Assembly (NCBI GenBank): GCA_043827025.1
Contig: JBDRPL010000005.1
Location: forward strand, 53,557 to 117,556
Direction: 5' to 3'
Length of the DNA stretch: 64,000 nt
Source of the DNA: Candidatus Micrarchaeota archaeon
GTDB lineage: Archaea > Micrarchaeota > Micrarchaeia > Anstonellales > Bilamarchaeaceae
The notes under the pieces were generated by a model. The model was not told where the DNA came from. It made no database searches and was given only the letters and a program-made list of their open reading frames with translations. Position 1 is the stretch's first letter; every line of letters starts with the position of its first letter. Below, piece after piece: positions 52,373-60,626 of this stretch. Both the position numbers and the translations under genes were made by a program.

Positions 52373-53155
52373 TCACTTCAACAATTTCATCGCATCCTCA
52401 ACACTTGCATTATTCACAATAATAGACCTTAAAGCTGACACCATCCTGATTCTGTTTGCATGTTGGAATGCATTTCTTCCTAATGAAATGCCAATTGAAC
52501 CTGCATCCATTGCCCCTCTAACCATTTCCAAAACATCCTTGTCAGTCTTGCATTTTGATCCGCCTGCGATTACCACAGGAACAGGACAGCCACGCACGAC
52601 TTCCTTGAATGAATCAGAGTCGCCAGTGTAATTGCATTTGACAAGGTCTGCACCCAATTCGGCTCCAACTCGCGTAACCAGCTTGATTGCTTCGACATCG
52701 AAACTGTTCTTTACATTGTCGCCTCTTGCGTATGTCATTGCAAGCAAAGGCATATTCGCTTTGTCGCAGTCAGAAGCCATCTTTCCCAAGTCCTGGAGCA
52801 TTTCAGGCTCGTATTCTGAACCCCCGATATTTACGTGGATGGACATCGCATTTGCTCCCAAACGAAGCGCATCCTCAACTGAAGCTATGATTACTTTTCG
52901 TTTGGTGTCTCGTTCAAGGTCGGTTCCAGCAGATGCATGCAATATTACGCCGCATTTTGGTCTTGATTTGAGGGATTTGATTATTCCCTTGTGCAATAGA
53001 ACGGCAGATGCTCCGCCTAAGGATATGTCTTCAACTGCCTTGTTCATGTCAATCAGGCCATCAATAGGGCCGCATGAAACTCCATGATCCATCGGGATTA
53101 TAACTGCCTTTCCATTCTCCAATATTTTCGAAAGATCTTTCTTTACGCCAACCAT
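52373..53155 (-). CDS. DhnA-family aldolase, most likely ADH synthase (AroA')
   Basis: PMDHG, HKG, HVNIG, YARG, ELGADLVKCNY, IAGG, GRNAFQ; lies between asd and DHQ synthase II. Confidence 0.9.
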   Translation of the reverse strand: MVGVKKDLSKILENGKAVIIPMDHGVSCGPIDGLIDMNKAVEDISLGGASAVLLHKGIIKSLKSRPKCGVILHASAGTDLERDTKRKVIIASVEDALRLGANAMSIHVNIGGSEYEPEMLQDLGKMASDCDKANMPLLAMTYARGDNVKNSFDVEAIKLVTRVGAELGADLVKCNYTGDSDSFKEVVRGCPVPVVIAGGSKCKTDKDVLEMVRGAMDAGSIGISLGRNAFQHANRIRMVSALRSIIVNNASVEDAMKLLK

Positions 53156-53160
53156 AAATT

Positions 53161-54213
53161 TCACCTCAAAAGCTCTGCGAGCTTGTTTGTCTTTACCAAG
53201 TATTCGGCATCTAAAATTGATGCGCCAGCTGCCCCTCTTACCGTATTATGGCTTACTAAAGTATAAGCAATTGATTTTTCATCAATTCCCTGTCGAATTC
53301 GTCCAACAGTGACTGCCATTCCCTTGCCATTATCTCTATCAAGCCTTGGTTGTGGACGATCATCTTCATCCCGAACAATGATTACTGGATCAGGTGCGCT
53401 TGGAAGCTTTAACTTTTGTGGAATGCCCTTAAAGTTTCGCATTGCATTCTTTACCTCGTCAACGCTCACCGTTCTGTCGAATCGAACATGAACTGACTCA
53501 GTATGGCCATCTATCACCTGAACTCGATTGCATGTTGCAAAAACTTCTAGATTCGGAAGCCCAAGTATTTTTTTGGTTTCTTTCACTACCTTTTCCTCTT
53601 CACCACCAATGAATGGAATTACATTCTCAGTTATCAAAAGCGAAGGAACACCTGGGTAGCCTGCACCTGAAATGGCTTGCATGGAAACCATCTGCACTTC
53701 CTTCAAGCCAAGTGCTACAAGTGGCTTGAGAGTTAAGGCTAATCCTGTTGTCGTGCAGTTCGGATCAGTGATAATGCATCCTTTCAGCTTACGATTTGCC
53801 TTTTGTTTCGGAATCAGCTGATCCAAAGACTCGGGATTCACTTCGGGAATCAAAATAGGCACATCCGCCTCGTAGCGATTGGTCTTTGCCTTACTGATGA
53901 CAATTTTGCCCTGCTTTGCCAATTTCACCTCAACTGTTTCAGCTACTTCCGGAGGCAATGCTGAAAAGCATATCTGCGACTTTATCTCAGAATCCACGTT
54001 CTTGATCTTCATGTTCTTCAAGTACTGTGGAATCTCTGAACTGACAACCCATTTTGTAGCTTCGCCAATAGTCTTGCCAGCGCTGTTTTCCGAAGCACAT
54101 ATTTCTGCTACGTTGAACATTGGATGGTTCTCTAATAGTTGTAAGAACTTCTGCCCAACTGCGCCAGTTGCACCTAATACTGCGACATCAATTTTTCCAG
54201 CATCATTTTTCAT
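53161..54213 (-). CDS. asd: Aspartate-semialdehyde dehydrogenase
   Basis: [41 protein letters not shown]. Confidence 0.97.
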   Translation of the reverse strand: MKNDAGKIDVAVLGATGAVGQKFLQLLENHPMFNVAEICASENSAGKTIGEATKWVVSSEIPQYLKNMKIKNVDSEIKSQICFSALPPEVAETVEVKLAKQGKIVISKAKTNRYEADVPILIPEVNPESLDQLIPKQKANRKLKGCIITDPNCTTTGLALTLKPLVALGLKEVQMVSMQAISGAGYPGVPSLLITENVIPFIGGEEEKVVKETKKILGLPNLEVFATCNRVQVIDGHTESVHVRFDRTVSVDEVKNAMRNFKGIPQKLKLPSAPDPVIIVRDEDDRPQPRLDRDNGKGMAVTVGRIRQGIDEKSIAYTLVSHNTVRGAAGASILDAEYLVKTNKLAELLR

Positions 54214-55456
54214 AGTCATCACCAAGCAACTCTTTCTCGATAAGCTTCTTTGCATTATGTTCGTCTCCGAATAATACGATCAGAAATATCTGAGACATAA
54301 CTGTGTATTGTCCATAGATGTTTATTCCATTGGCCCTCAATATGGAGGCAACACGTGATATCGAACCAGGTGTTTCCTGAAGCCCAATCCCGTTTATTCG
54401 CAATACTGAAAGCCCAGTTCTTCTTGCAATTGCCAATGTCTCTTTGTTCGCAACAACAATATTGTGGAGTTCTGCTACTGCCCTCTCGACACCTCCTTGA
54501 TCCAGGTACATTACCAAGCTTCCCTGATCTGCACTCATTCCGTATAATGGAACATTAAGTTTATGCAAAACTCCAAGAATCTGAGACATTACCCCTGGAT
54601 TTTCAGTTATGCCATTCCCGACTATTGTGATCGAGCCTGCTTCCTTCTTTGAAATTATGTCTACTTCTATATCAAGAACTCCGCCAGTTATCATTGTTCC
54701 TGACTCATCAAGGCTGTTGCTTGTATTGTTGATTATTTTGACGTCAATATCCTTTGGCTTGTAGCCCAATGCCTTCTTATGCATAAATTTAACTCCTGAA
54801 TCTGCCAAACCAACCAATTGGCTTACATCTATCCTTTCGATCTTTTTTGGATTCTTCACTACCTTCGGATCAGCTGACATTATTCCTGAAACATCGCTTA
54901 CTAAAATGACATCTCGGATGTTGAGCGCATCCGCTACAACGTAAGTGGTTGCATCGCTTCCTCCTCTTCCGATTGTTGTCACATGTCCATCTGTCGAACG
55001 TCCGATAAAACCAGGAATCACCAGAACATCAAGGTTTTCCATCTTCCTTGATACTGAATTCGCCAGCCTCTCCTTTGTGAGTTCCAGGACAATGTTTGCG
55101 CTTCCATGGCTTGCGTCGGTTATGATTGGCCAATCTTCATCATCCACATCAAGAAAGTCTGAATTAATTCCAAATGAAGCTAAGGCCACGTTAAAGACAC
55201 GGCAGCTTGTCCTCTCGCCCATTGCAAGTACTTCGTCCATCTGCTTTGGAGTTGCTTTTGAGGCGCTTCCGTTTGCCAGCTTTACAAGCTCATCTGTTGT
55301 CTTGCCAATTGCAGATATTATGACTATTATTTTCTTTCCATCCTTTGCCTTGTCTGCAACCAGCTTTGCAGCATGTGAAATCTTATCACTGTCTGCAATC
55401 GAGCTGCCTCCGAATTTGACCACCATCATCTGGTCATTGAATGGTACATTGGCCAT
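54203..55456 (-). CDS. lysC: Aspartate kinase (start may be 55429 or 55426)
   Basis: VVKFGGSS, SAIGKTTD, GER, GRGGSD, DVSGI.SADP, two ACT domains. Confidence 0.95.
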   Translation of the reverse strand: MANVPFNDQMMVVKFGGSSIADSDKISHAAKLVADKAKDGKKIIVIISAIGKTTDELVKLANGSASKATPKQMDEVLAMGERTSCRVFNVALASFGINSDFLDVDDEDWPIITDASHGSANIVLELTKERLANSVSRKMENLDVLVIPGFIGRSTDGHVTTIGRGGSDATTYVVADALNIRDVILVSDVSGIMSADPKVVKNPKKIERIDVSQLVGLADSGVKFMHKKALGYKPKDIDVKIINNTSNSLDESGTMITGGVLDIEVDIISKKEAGSITIVGNGITENPGVMSQILGVLHKLNVPLYGMSADQGSLVMYLDQGGVERAVAELHNIVVANKETLAIARRTGLSVLRINGIGLQETPGSISRVASILRANGINIYGQYTVMSQIFLIVLFGDEHNAKKLIEKELLGDDYEK

Positions 55457-55496
55457 ACCGTAAATCCCTTCCCGTTCCTCTTTCCTTACCTTCCAT
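55434..55496 (-). other. Short out-of-frame uORF (MEGKERGTGRDLRYGQCTIQ) behind a strong SD
   Basis: GAGGTGA-N5-ATG; its TGA lies 4 nt before lysC ATG 55429. Confidence 0.4.
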
Positions 55497-55543
55497 ATAT
55501 TTCACCTCATATTTTCAAACCTATCACTGATTCTAAACATGTC

Positions 55544-55595
55544 AAGAAAGCCAACAAAAATTCATTAGAGATTTCTTCATTAGTGTTGGCTTTTT
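55544..55595 (-). terminator. Attenuator-like stem-loop followed by U-rich sequence
   Basis: 10-bp perfect stem AAAGCCAACA (55593-55584) / UGUUGGCUUU (55556-55547), 27-nt loop, then CUU. Confidence 0.55.
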
Positions 55596-55664
55596 TCAAA
55601 ACCAAAAGTAATAGCTAAAGCTGAATCCATAGAAGAAGTTCTTTGATTTGGGTTCAGCATTCAT
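55596..55664 (-). CDS. Putative aromatic amino acid leader peptide MNAEPKSKNFFYGFSFSYYFWF
   Basis: Hand translation; 6 Phe, 3 Tyr, 1 Trp in the last 13 codons; lies between the TATA box and the aromatic-precursor operon. Confidence 0.75.
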   Translation of the reverse strand: MNAEPKSKNFFYGFSFSYYFWF

Positions 55665-55697
55665 TTCCAACACTTGTAATTATTTGAAGGGGAAATG

Positions 55698-55706
55698 TTT
55701 TTAAAT
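55698..55706. promoter_or_regulatory. TATA element, possibly bidirectional
   Basis: TTTTTAAAT: ~34 nt upstream of leader ATG 55664 (-) and ~23 nt upstream of ATG 55729 (+). Confidence 0.55.
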
Positions 55707-55728
55707 GGTTGATGTACGTTTTCAATTC

Positions 55729-55995
55729 ATGGCTTCAATTGCAGAACTCGAAAAACGAATCGGGAAAATCGAGGAAAGAAACAAACGAGTCGAACTCGAC
55801 AAGAAATGGGAAACGAGTTATGTAAGGCGAGGCCTGCTTGTGCTGTTCACATATCTCTCAGTTGGAATCTATTTCCAGTTCATAGGAATAAAGGATGCCT
55901 GGCTCAATGCAATTGTTCCTGCTGTTGCCTTCTTGTTATCCACATTAACATTGCCTTTCTTCAAGGGAGTTTGGGCGAAGCACATCAAAGAATAA
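55729..55995 (+). CDS. Small hypothetical membrane protein
   Basis: IEERN.RVE.DK.WETS..RR, two TM helices, LSTLTLPF. Confidence 0.8.
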   Translation: MASIAELEKRIGKIEERNKRVELDKKWETSYVRRGLLVLFTYLSVGIYFQFIGIKDAWLNAIVPAVAFLLSTLTLPFFKGVWAKHIKE

Positions 55996-56006
55996 CATCC
56001 TCTAAT

Positions 56007-58169
56007 TCAAATTTTCGCCCATCTCAATGTCAATGCACTGGCCACAACTGAAACACTTGAAAATGCCATTGCCCCTCCTGCAATCATTGGAGATAGTAGC
56101 ACGCCATAGGACGAATAAAGTATTCCTGCTGCAATGGGAATTCCGATTATGTTATAAATAAGCGCCCAGAACATGTTCTGTTTTATCTTGTTGATGGTGG
56201 CACGTCCAAGCCTTATTGACCTGACAACATCCATAGGATCGCTTTTCATCAGTACAACTGAACTTGTTTCCATTGCCACGTCCGTACCGCTTCCTATTGC
56301 AATGCCTATGTCTGCCTGCGCAAGTGCTGGTGCATCATTTATGCCATCTCCAACCATTGCCACTTTCTTCCCCTCTCCTTGCAATTGCTTGACGTAATTC
56401 GCCTTGTCCTTAGGCAACACCTCTGCAAATACGTGGGTAATACCTGCTGTTTTTGCAATTGCTTCAGCAGTTCGCTTATTATCACCAGTAATCAGCCAAG
56501 GTTCAATGCCAAGACTCCTAAGTTCTTTTATTGCTTCAACACTTGTTGGCCTCAAAGTATCTGCAACACCGAACAGCGCAGCCACTTTGGAATTTATGCG
56601 AAGAATCATCACTGTTTTACCTTCGCTCTGAAGTTTTGATATTGATTTGGAAATGATTTTTCCTTCCTTCCCATCCGGCTTGCCAACATAAACATGTGCC
56701 TTTCCAACCCTTCCCCCTACTCCATGCCCAGGAATGGCCTTGAAGTTCATGACTTTTGCTAGCTTAGCCTTGTTTGACTTTGCATAATCAACTATTGCAT
56801 CTGCAAGAGGATGCTCTGAATTCTTTTCAACTGCCAGGGCAAAACCAAGCGCCTGCTCTTTTTTCACATTGCCAAGCAAGAGAAAATCAGTTACCTTTGG
56901 ATTTCCTTCAGTTATGGTCCCAGTCTTATCAAAGATTATTGCATTTGTCTTGTGCATTGTTTCAAGGGCTTCTGCATTCTTGATCAATATTCCTCGCTGT
57001 GCACCCATTCCTGTCCCAACCATTATTGCCGTGGGAGTTGCAAGTCCCAAAGCACATGGACAAGCAATTACCAATACTGAAACTGCAATCATCAATGCAA
57101 ATGAAAATGACTGGCCAAACGCAAAATACCAAACTGCAGATGACAGCAATGCAATCACTATAACTACTGGCACAAAAACGGCGCTTATTGAATCTGCGAA
57201 TCGCTGTATTGCTGCTTTGCTACCTTGCGCATCCTCTACCAATTTAACAATCTGTGCTAGGACAGTATCCTTGCCTACCTTAGTGGCCTTGAAATTGAAG
57301 GAGCCGTGTTTATTGATAGAACCACCTATCACCTTAGAACCTTTATTTTTCTCCACTGGAATACTTTCTCCAGTTATCATACTTTCGTCAACTGAAGAAC
57401 TGCCCTCAACAACAACTCCATCAACTGGGATCTTCGTGCCTGGCTTGACAATCAAGACATCTCCCACTACAACCCCATATATTGGAATCTCGATCTCGCT
57501 GTTATTTCTTATTACAATTGCAATCTTAGGTGCAAGCCCCATGAGCTTCCTTATTGCATCTGAAGTCCTGCCTTTTGCAAGTGCCTCAAGATATTTGCCA
57601 AGGAGCACCAAAGTGATAAGAACTGCTGAAGTCTCGAAATACTGCTCTTCTGCAAAGCCAAGCATTGCAGCAACGCTGAAGAAATAGGCTGCGCTTGTAC
57701 CTACAGCTATGAGCGTGTCCATACTTGCCGTACGGTTTCTAAGCGAACTCCATGCCCCAAAATAGAACCCTCGCCCTGCAATGAACTGCACGGGAGTTGC
57801 AAGAACAAAAAGTACAAGCATCCGGTATGGAAAATCCATCATGAACATTCCTATTACTAATGCAGGCACTGCAAACAATGCACTGAACACCAATAGTTTC
57901 TTGAGGTCAGAGATTTCCTTCTGCCGCACCAATTTTTCCTGCTCTTTGTCAACACCTATGTTCGCAGTGTATCCTTTTGATCGAATCACTTCCACGAGTA
58001 TTTCATCCTTTGTCTGCTTGTCATCGAATTCCACAACTGCCTTTGCTGCAGCATAATTGACATTTGCAGATTTTACTCCCTGAGTTTTCTGAAGCGCTCG
58101 TGTAATCAGAGCAGAACAGGATGCGCAATGCATCCCGCCTATTGAAAATTCTGTTCTTTTTGTTGACAT
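56007..58169 (-). CDS. copA: Cu(+)-exporting P1B-type ATPase
   Basis: GMHCASC, TGES, CPC, DKTGT, SEHP, GDGINDAP, YN and MxxSS. Confidence 0.96.
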   Translation of the reverse strand: MSTKRTEFSIGGMHCASCSALITRALQKTQGVKSANVNYAAAKAVVEFDDKQTKDEILVEVIRSKGYTANIGVDKEQEKLVRQKEISDLKKLLVFSALFAVPALVIGMFMMDFPYRMLVLFVLATPVQFIAGRGFYFGAWSSLRNRTASMDTLIAVGTSAAYFFSVAAMLGFAEEQYFETSAVLITLVLLGKYLEALAKGRTSDAIRKLMGLAPKIAIVIRNNSEIEIPIYGVVVGDVLIVKPGTKIPVDGVVVEGSSSVDESMITGESIPVEKNKGSKVIGGSINKHGSFNFKATKVGKDTVLAQIVKLVEDAQGSKAAIQRFADSISAVFVPVVIVIALLSSAVWYFAFGQSFSFALMIAVSVLVIACPCALGLATPTAIMVGTGMGAQRGILIKNAEALETMHKTNAIIFDKTGTITEGNPKVTDFLLLGNVKKEQALGFALAVEKNSEHPLADAIVDYAKSNKAKLAKVMNFKAIPGHGVGGRVGKAHVYVGKPDGKEGKIISKSISKLQSEGKTVMILRINSKVAALFGVADTLRPTSVEAIKELRSLGIEPWLITGDNKRTAEAIAKTAGITHVFAEVLPKDKANYVKQLQGEGKKVAMVGDGINDAPALAQADIGIAIGSGTDVAMETSSVVLMKSDPMDVVRSIRLGRATINKIKQNMFWALIYNIIGIPIAAGILYSSYGVLLSPMIAGGAMAFSSVSVVASALTLRWAKI

Positions 58170-58185
58170 GTCTGTAATCACCTTT

Positions 58186-59124
58186 TTACAAATATATAAT
58201 ACCATTCTTTGGGCCGTATAGCATAATTTCAAGTACCAAAAGCGATACTGCAACTGCCAAGAGTGCGAATTCGGAGAATTTGACATTCATCTCTTTGAGC
58301 TGGGCAGGCCCTGCTTCGCGATGCATCATATAGCTAAGCCCTCCAAGCATCACTGCACAAAGACCAAAGAGTAGGTACAGAAACAGAATGAGATTGTCAT
58401 TGACCATCATCACCGAAAGCATGGCTCCCATAGTACCTGCCATTATTCCTGCCATGATACCTTCCATTGCACCCATTATCCCGCAATAGCGCCCCAATGC
58501 AAAACCAGGAAGTATGCCCAATGCCATTCCAACAACTGAACCTATGAACATCCCATTTGTGGCGCCAACGATAGCACCTGCGAGAAAACCACTCATCATA
58601 CCGATTGTCATGCCAACCATCATGCCATTTGCACAGGACAAACTTTTCCTATAGCATCTGATATGATAGTATGAGAAAAGAAGCATTAGTACTCCTGTAA
58701 ACAATAATACAAGCAATGGCAGGTATTGGAGTGCAAAATTGATGAACGCAGGAAATGCCAGATAGGCTGCAAAACCAAGTATCAGAATTGCAGATGCTGA
58801 ACCAATTACATATTCCAGCAATGTTGACTCTACCTCGGCCTGTGGCTTCTTTCCAAGTATATTCAGGAGATATTTAACCACACGCCTATGATCCCCGCGT
58901 TGCTCCTCTTCCATAAACTCTTGATTCTTCTCATGGAATCCTTTTTCAGAAAGATTCTGCTTTATCAGACCTAGCTTGTCGTCCTCACAAAACAAGGTCA
59001 CTTGGCCATTTTTGATGTCAATGTTTGCCACCTGGCCTTCGTTCTGTGTGATTACTCTTGTGATAAGAGTCTCACAAGCACCGCAGGTCATTCCTTTTAA
59101 TTCCATCTTATGTTCTTTTATCAT
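58186..59124 (-). CDS. HMA-domain membrane protein with Met/Gly-rich TM helices
   Basis: GMTCGAC; GMMVGMTIGMM and GIMGAMEGIMAGIMAGTMGAM. Confidence 0.8.
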   Translation of the reverse strand: MIKEHKMELKGMTCGACETLITRVITQNEGQVANIDIKNGQVTLFCEDDKLGLIKQNLSEKGFHEKNQEFMEEEQRGDHRRVVKYLLNILGKKPQAEVESTLLEYVIGSASAILILGFAAYLAFPAFINFALQYLPLLVLLFTGVLMLLFSYYHIRCYRKSLSCANGMMVGMTIGMMSGFLAGAIVGATNGMFIGSVVGMALGILPGFALGRYCGIMGAMEGIMAGIMAGTMGAMLSVMMVNDNLILFLYLLFGLCAVMLGGLSYMMHREAGPAQLKEMNVKFSEFALLAVAVSLLVLEIMLYGPKNGIIYL

Positions 59125-59324
59125 TTCGACACCAAATACCCAAGTTCTTTTATCGCAGATTTCACTGAAGGAAGAACTGATTCGTCATCATATTCCACCT
59201 TGACAGTTCCCTTCTTATTATCTGCAAGAATCTTCTTTACTCCCTTTATTTCCATCAAGGCGTCTACAAGTAAAAGCTCGCATGACTTGCAATGCATTCC
59301 GCTTACATTCAATGTTTTTTCCAT
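59121..59324 (-). CDS. copZ: Copper chaperone
   Basis: 67 aa, GMHCKSC, ELGY. Confidence 0.9.
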   Translation of the reverse strand: MEKTLNVSGMHCKSCELLLVDALMEIKGVKKILADNKKGTVKVEYDDESVLPSVKSAIKELGYLVSK

Positions 59325-59368
59325 TTTTCCACCTCATATAAATTTAACCTATAGCTCGAAGCCCAAAA

Positions 59369-59899
59369 CTACTGAACAATCAGTTTGCCTGGTCCCCACA
59401 TTCTCATTCCACAGCTGTAATCATAAGTGCCTGATTCCTTAGGCGTGAAATCAACAACCTGTTCCTGGCCATTCATGGAAGTTGCCTGAACATTAAGCCC
59501 ATAAAGTACAATTTGCCTTCCACAGCCTGCATTTGAATCAGCAGTAAAATGCAAACGCACTGGAATGCCTTTCTTCACTGTGATTTCGATCTTATCATAA
59601 TAGCCATTCGAAAGAGCGCGGATGTAGATATCCTGAATGCCTACCTCTTGACTATCTGCAGATGGCTGAACCTGCTGAAGATTTGTTGCGGTAGGTAGTA
59701 CCTGCGTATTACTGCTTGAGCCAAATGACTGAGTCGGAATGAAATTCGATTTATCATTGACACTAGCGCTTTGCGGAAGTACAACATATACTATAAGTGC
59801 TACCAGGATCAACAAAAATGCACCTGCGCCTAATGCCAGGTTTTTGCTTACTGCAATCTTGTCTCCAGAACCCTTTGATTCGTATTGTGAATTTGTCAT
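59369..59899 (-). CDS. Membrane-anchored cupredoxin-domain protein
   Basis: TM helix, VKKGIPVRL, AGC, YSCGMRM. Confidence 0.85.
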   Translation of the reverse strand: MTNSQYESKGSGDKIAVSKNLALGAGAFLLILVALIVYVVLPQSASVNDKSNFIPTQSFGSSSNTQVLPTATNLQQVQPSADSQEVGIQDIYIRALSNGYYDKIEITVKKGIPVRLHFTADSNAGCGRQIVLYGLNVQATSMNGQEQVVDFTPKESGTYDYSCGMRMWGPGKLIVQ

Positions 59900-59937
59900 G
59901 CTAAACTCAGCAACGAAACAGCATATATATAAAGAGG

Positions 59938-59951
59938 TGAAACTAGTTTCA
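59938..59951. promoter_or_regulatory. Perfect 14-bp palindrome just upstream of the copper-operon TATA box
   Basis: TGAAACTAGTTTCA; minus-strand TTTATATATAT at 59933-59923. Confidence 0.65.
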
Positions 59952-60005
59952 GTGGAAACGCGGGGGAAGTGTCCCCCTCATTTCTACACATATTTCTGAT
60001 CCCCC

Positions 60006-60521
60006 TCAATGTTTAAGGATCACAACGTTCGTCATTCCACGGCGTTTTCTTTCGATTATTTCCCTTCCTTCTAGTTTATCTAAAACTCTAGTTACTTTGA
60101 CTTTGTTGAGGTTTGTCCGTATCACAAGATCAGACTGGAAGATTGTTCCTTTGGATTCGATTATCATATTCAAAACCATTTTCTCTTCTTCATCTAAAGT
60201 TGAAAGGACTTTCTGGTAATTCTCCTTTGTTATCTCCTTCGGTTCGATCTGCTGCCTTATGACTCTGGTTTTTGTCTTGGTTATTGTTATGGTCCTTTCC
60301 TTATAAAAGAAAGCAAAATACACACCTACAATAAGAATAATCAAAAGGACTACAGAACTTACACTTGTCTCAAAATTTATTGTGCCCCACATCGGACAGG
60401 TTACTCCGTGAGTACATGAGTCGTTGACAATATTAGTCAAAGCACTGTTGAATGAAAAGATTATGAATCCCATTAGGACTGCAATTACAATCAAAAGGTA
60501 CCCTACTGTCTTGTTTTCCAT
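60006..60521 (-). CDS. Membrane-anchored winged-helix regulator
   Basis: Two TM helices flanking CTHGVTCPM; C-terminal IFQSDL..KVKVTRVLDKLE..IIERKRRGMTN. Confidence 0.85.
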   Translation of the reverse strand: MENKTVGYLLIVIAVLMGFIIFSFNSALTNIVNDSCTHGVTCPMWGTINFETSVSSVVLLIILIVGVYFAFFYKERTITITKTKTRVIRQQIEPKEITKENYQKVLSTLDEEEKMVLNMIIESKGTIFQSDLVIRTNLNKVKVTRVLDKLEGREIIERKRRGMTNVVILKH

Positions 60522-60626
60522 GACAAAATTGTGAAGAAAGGCTATTTATAGCTAAGCACTAACTGATGGTAAAGCAATCCAGCACCAAACATAAAAACTT
60601 ATATTCCTCTGCTTAGTAATTATCTT

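Noticed and set aside
55580..55660. Alternative 26-aa uORF (MLNPNQRTSSMDSALAITFGFEKSQH) overlapping the aromatic leader
   Set aside because: Its ATG is downstream of the leader ATG and it has no codon enrichment matching the operon; it cannot be fully excluded without ribosome profiling
56869..57687. Long antisense ORFs (also 2789-3337, 24685-25221, 47192-47725, 54945-55463)
   Set aside because: Shadow frames of well-supported genes on the opposite strand
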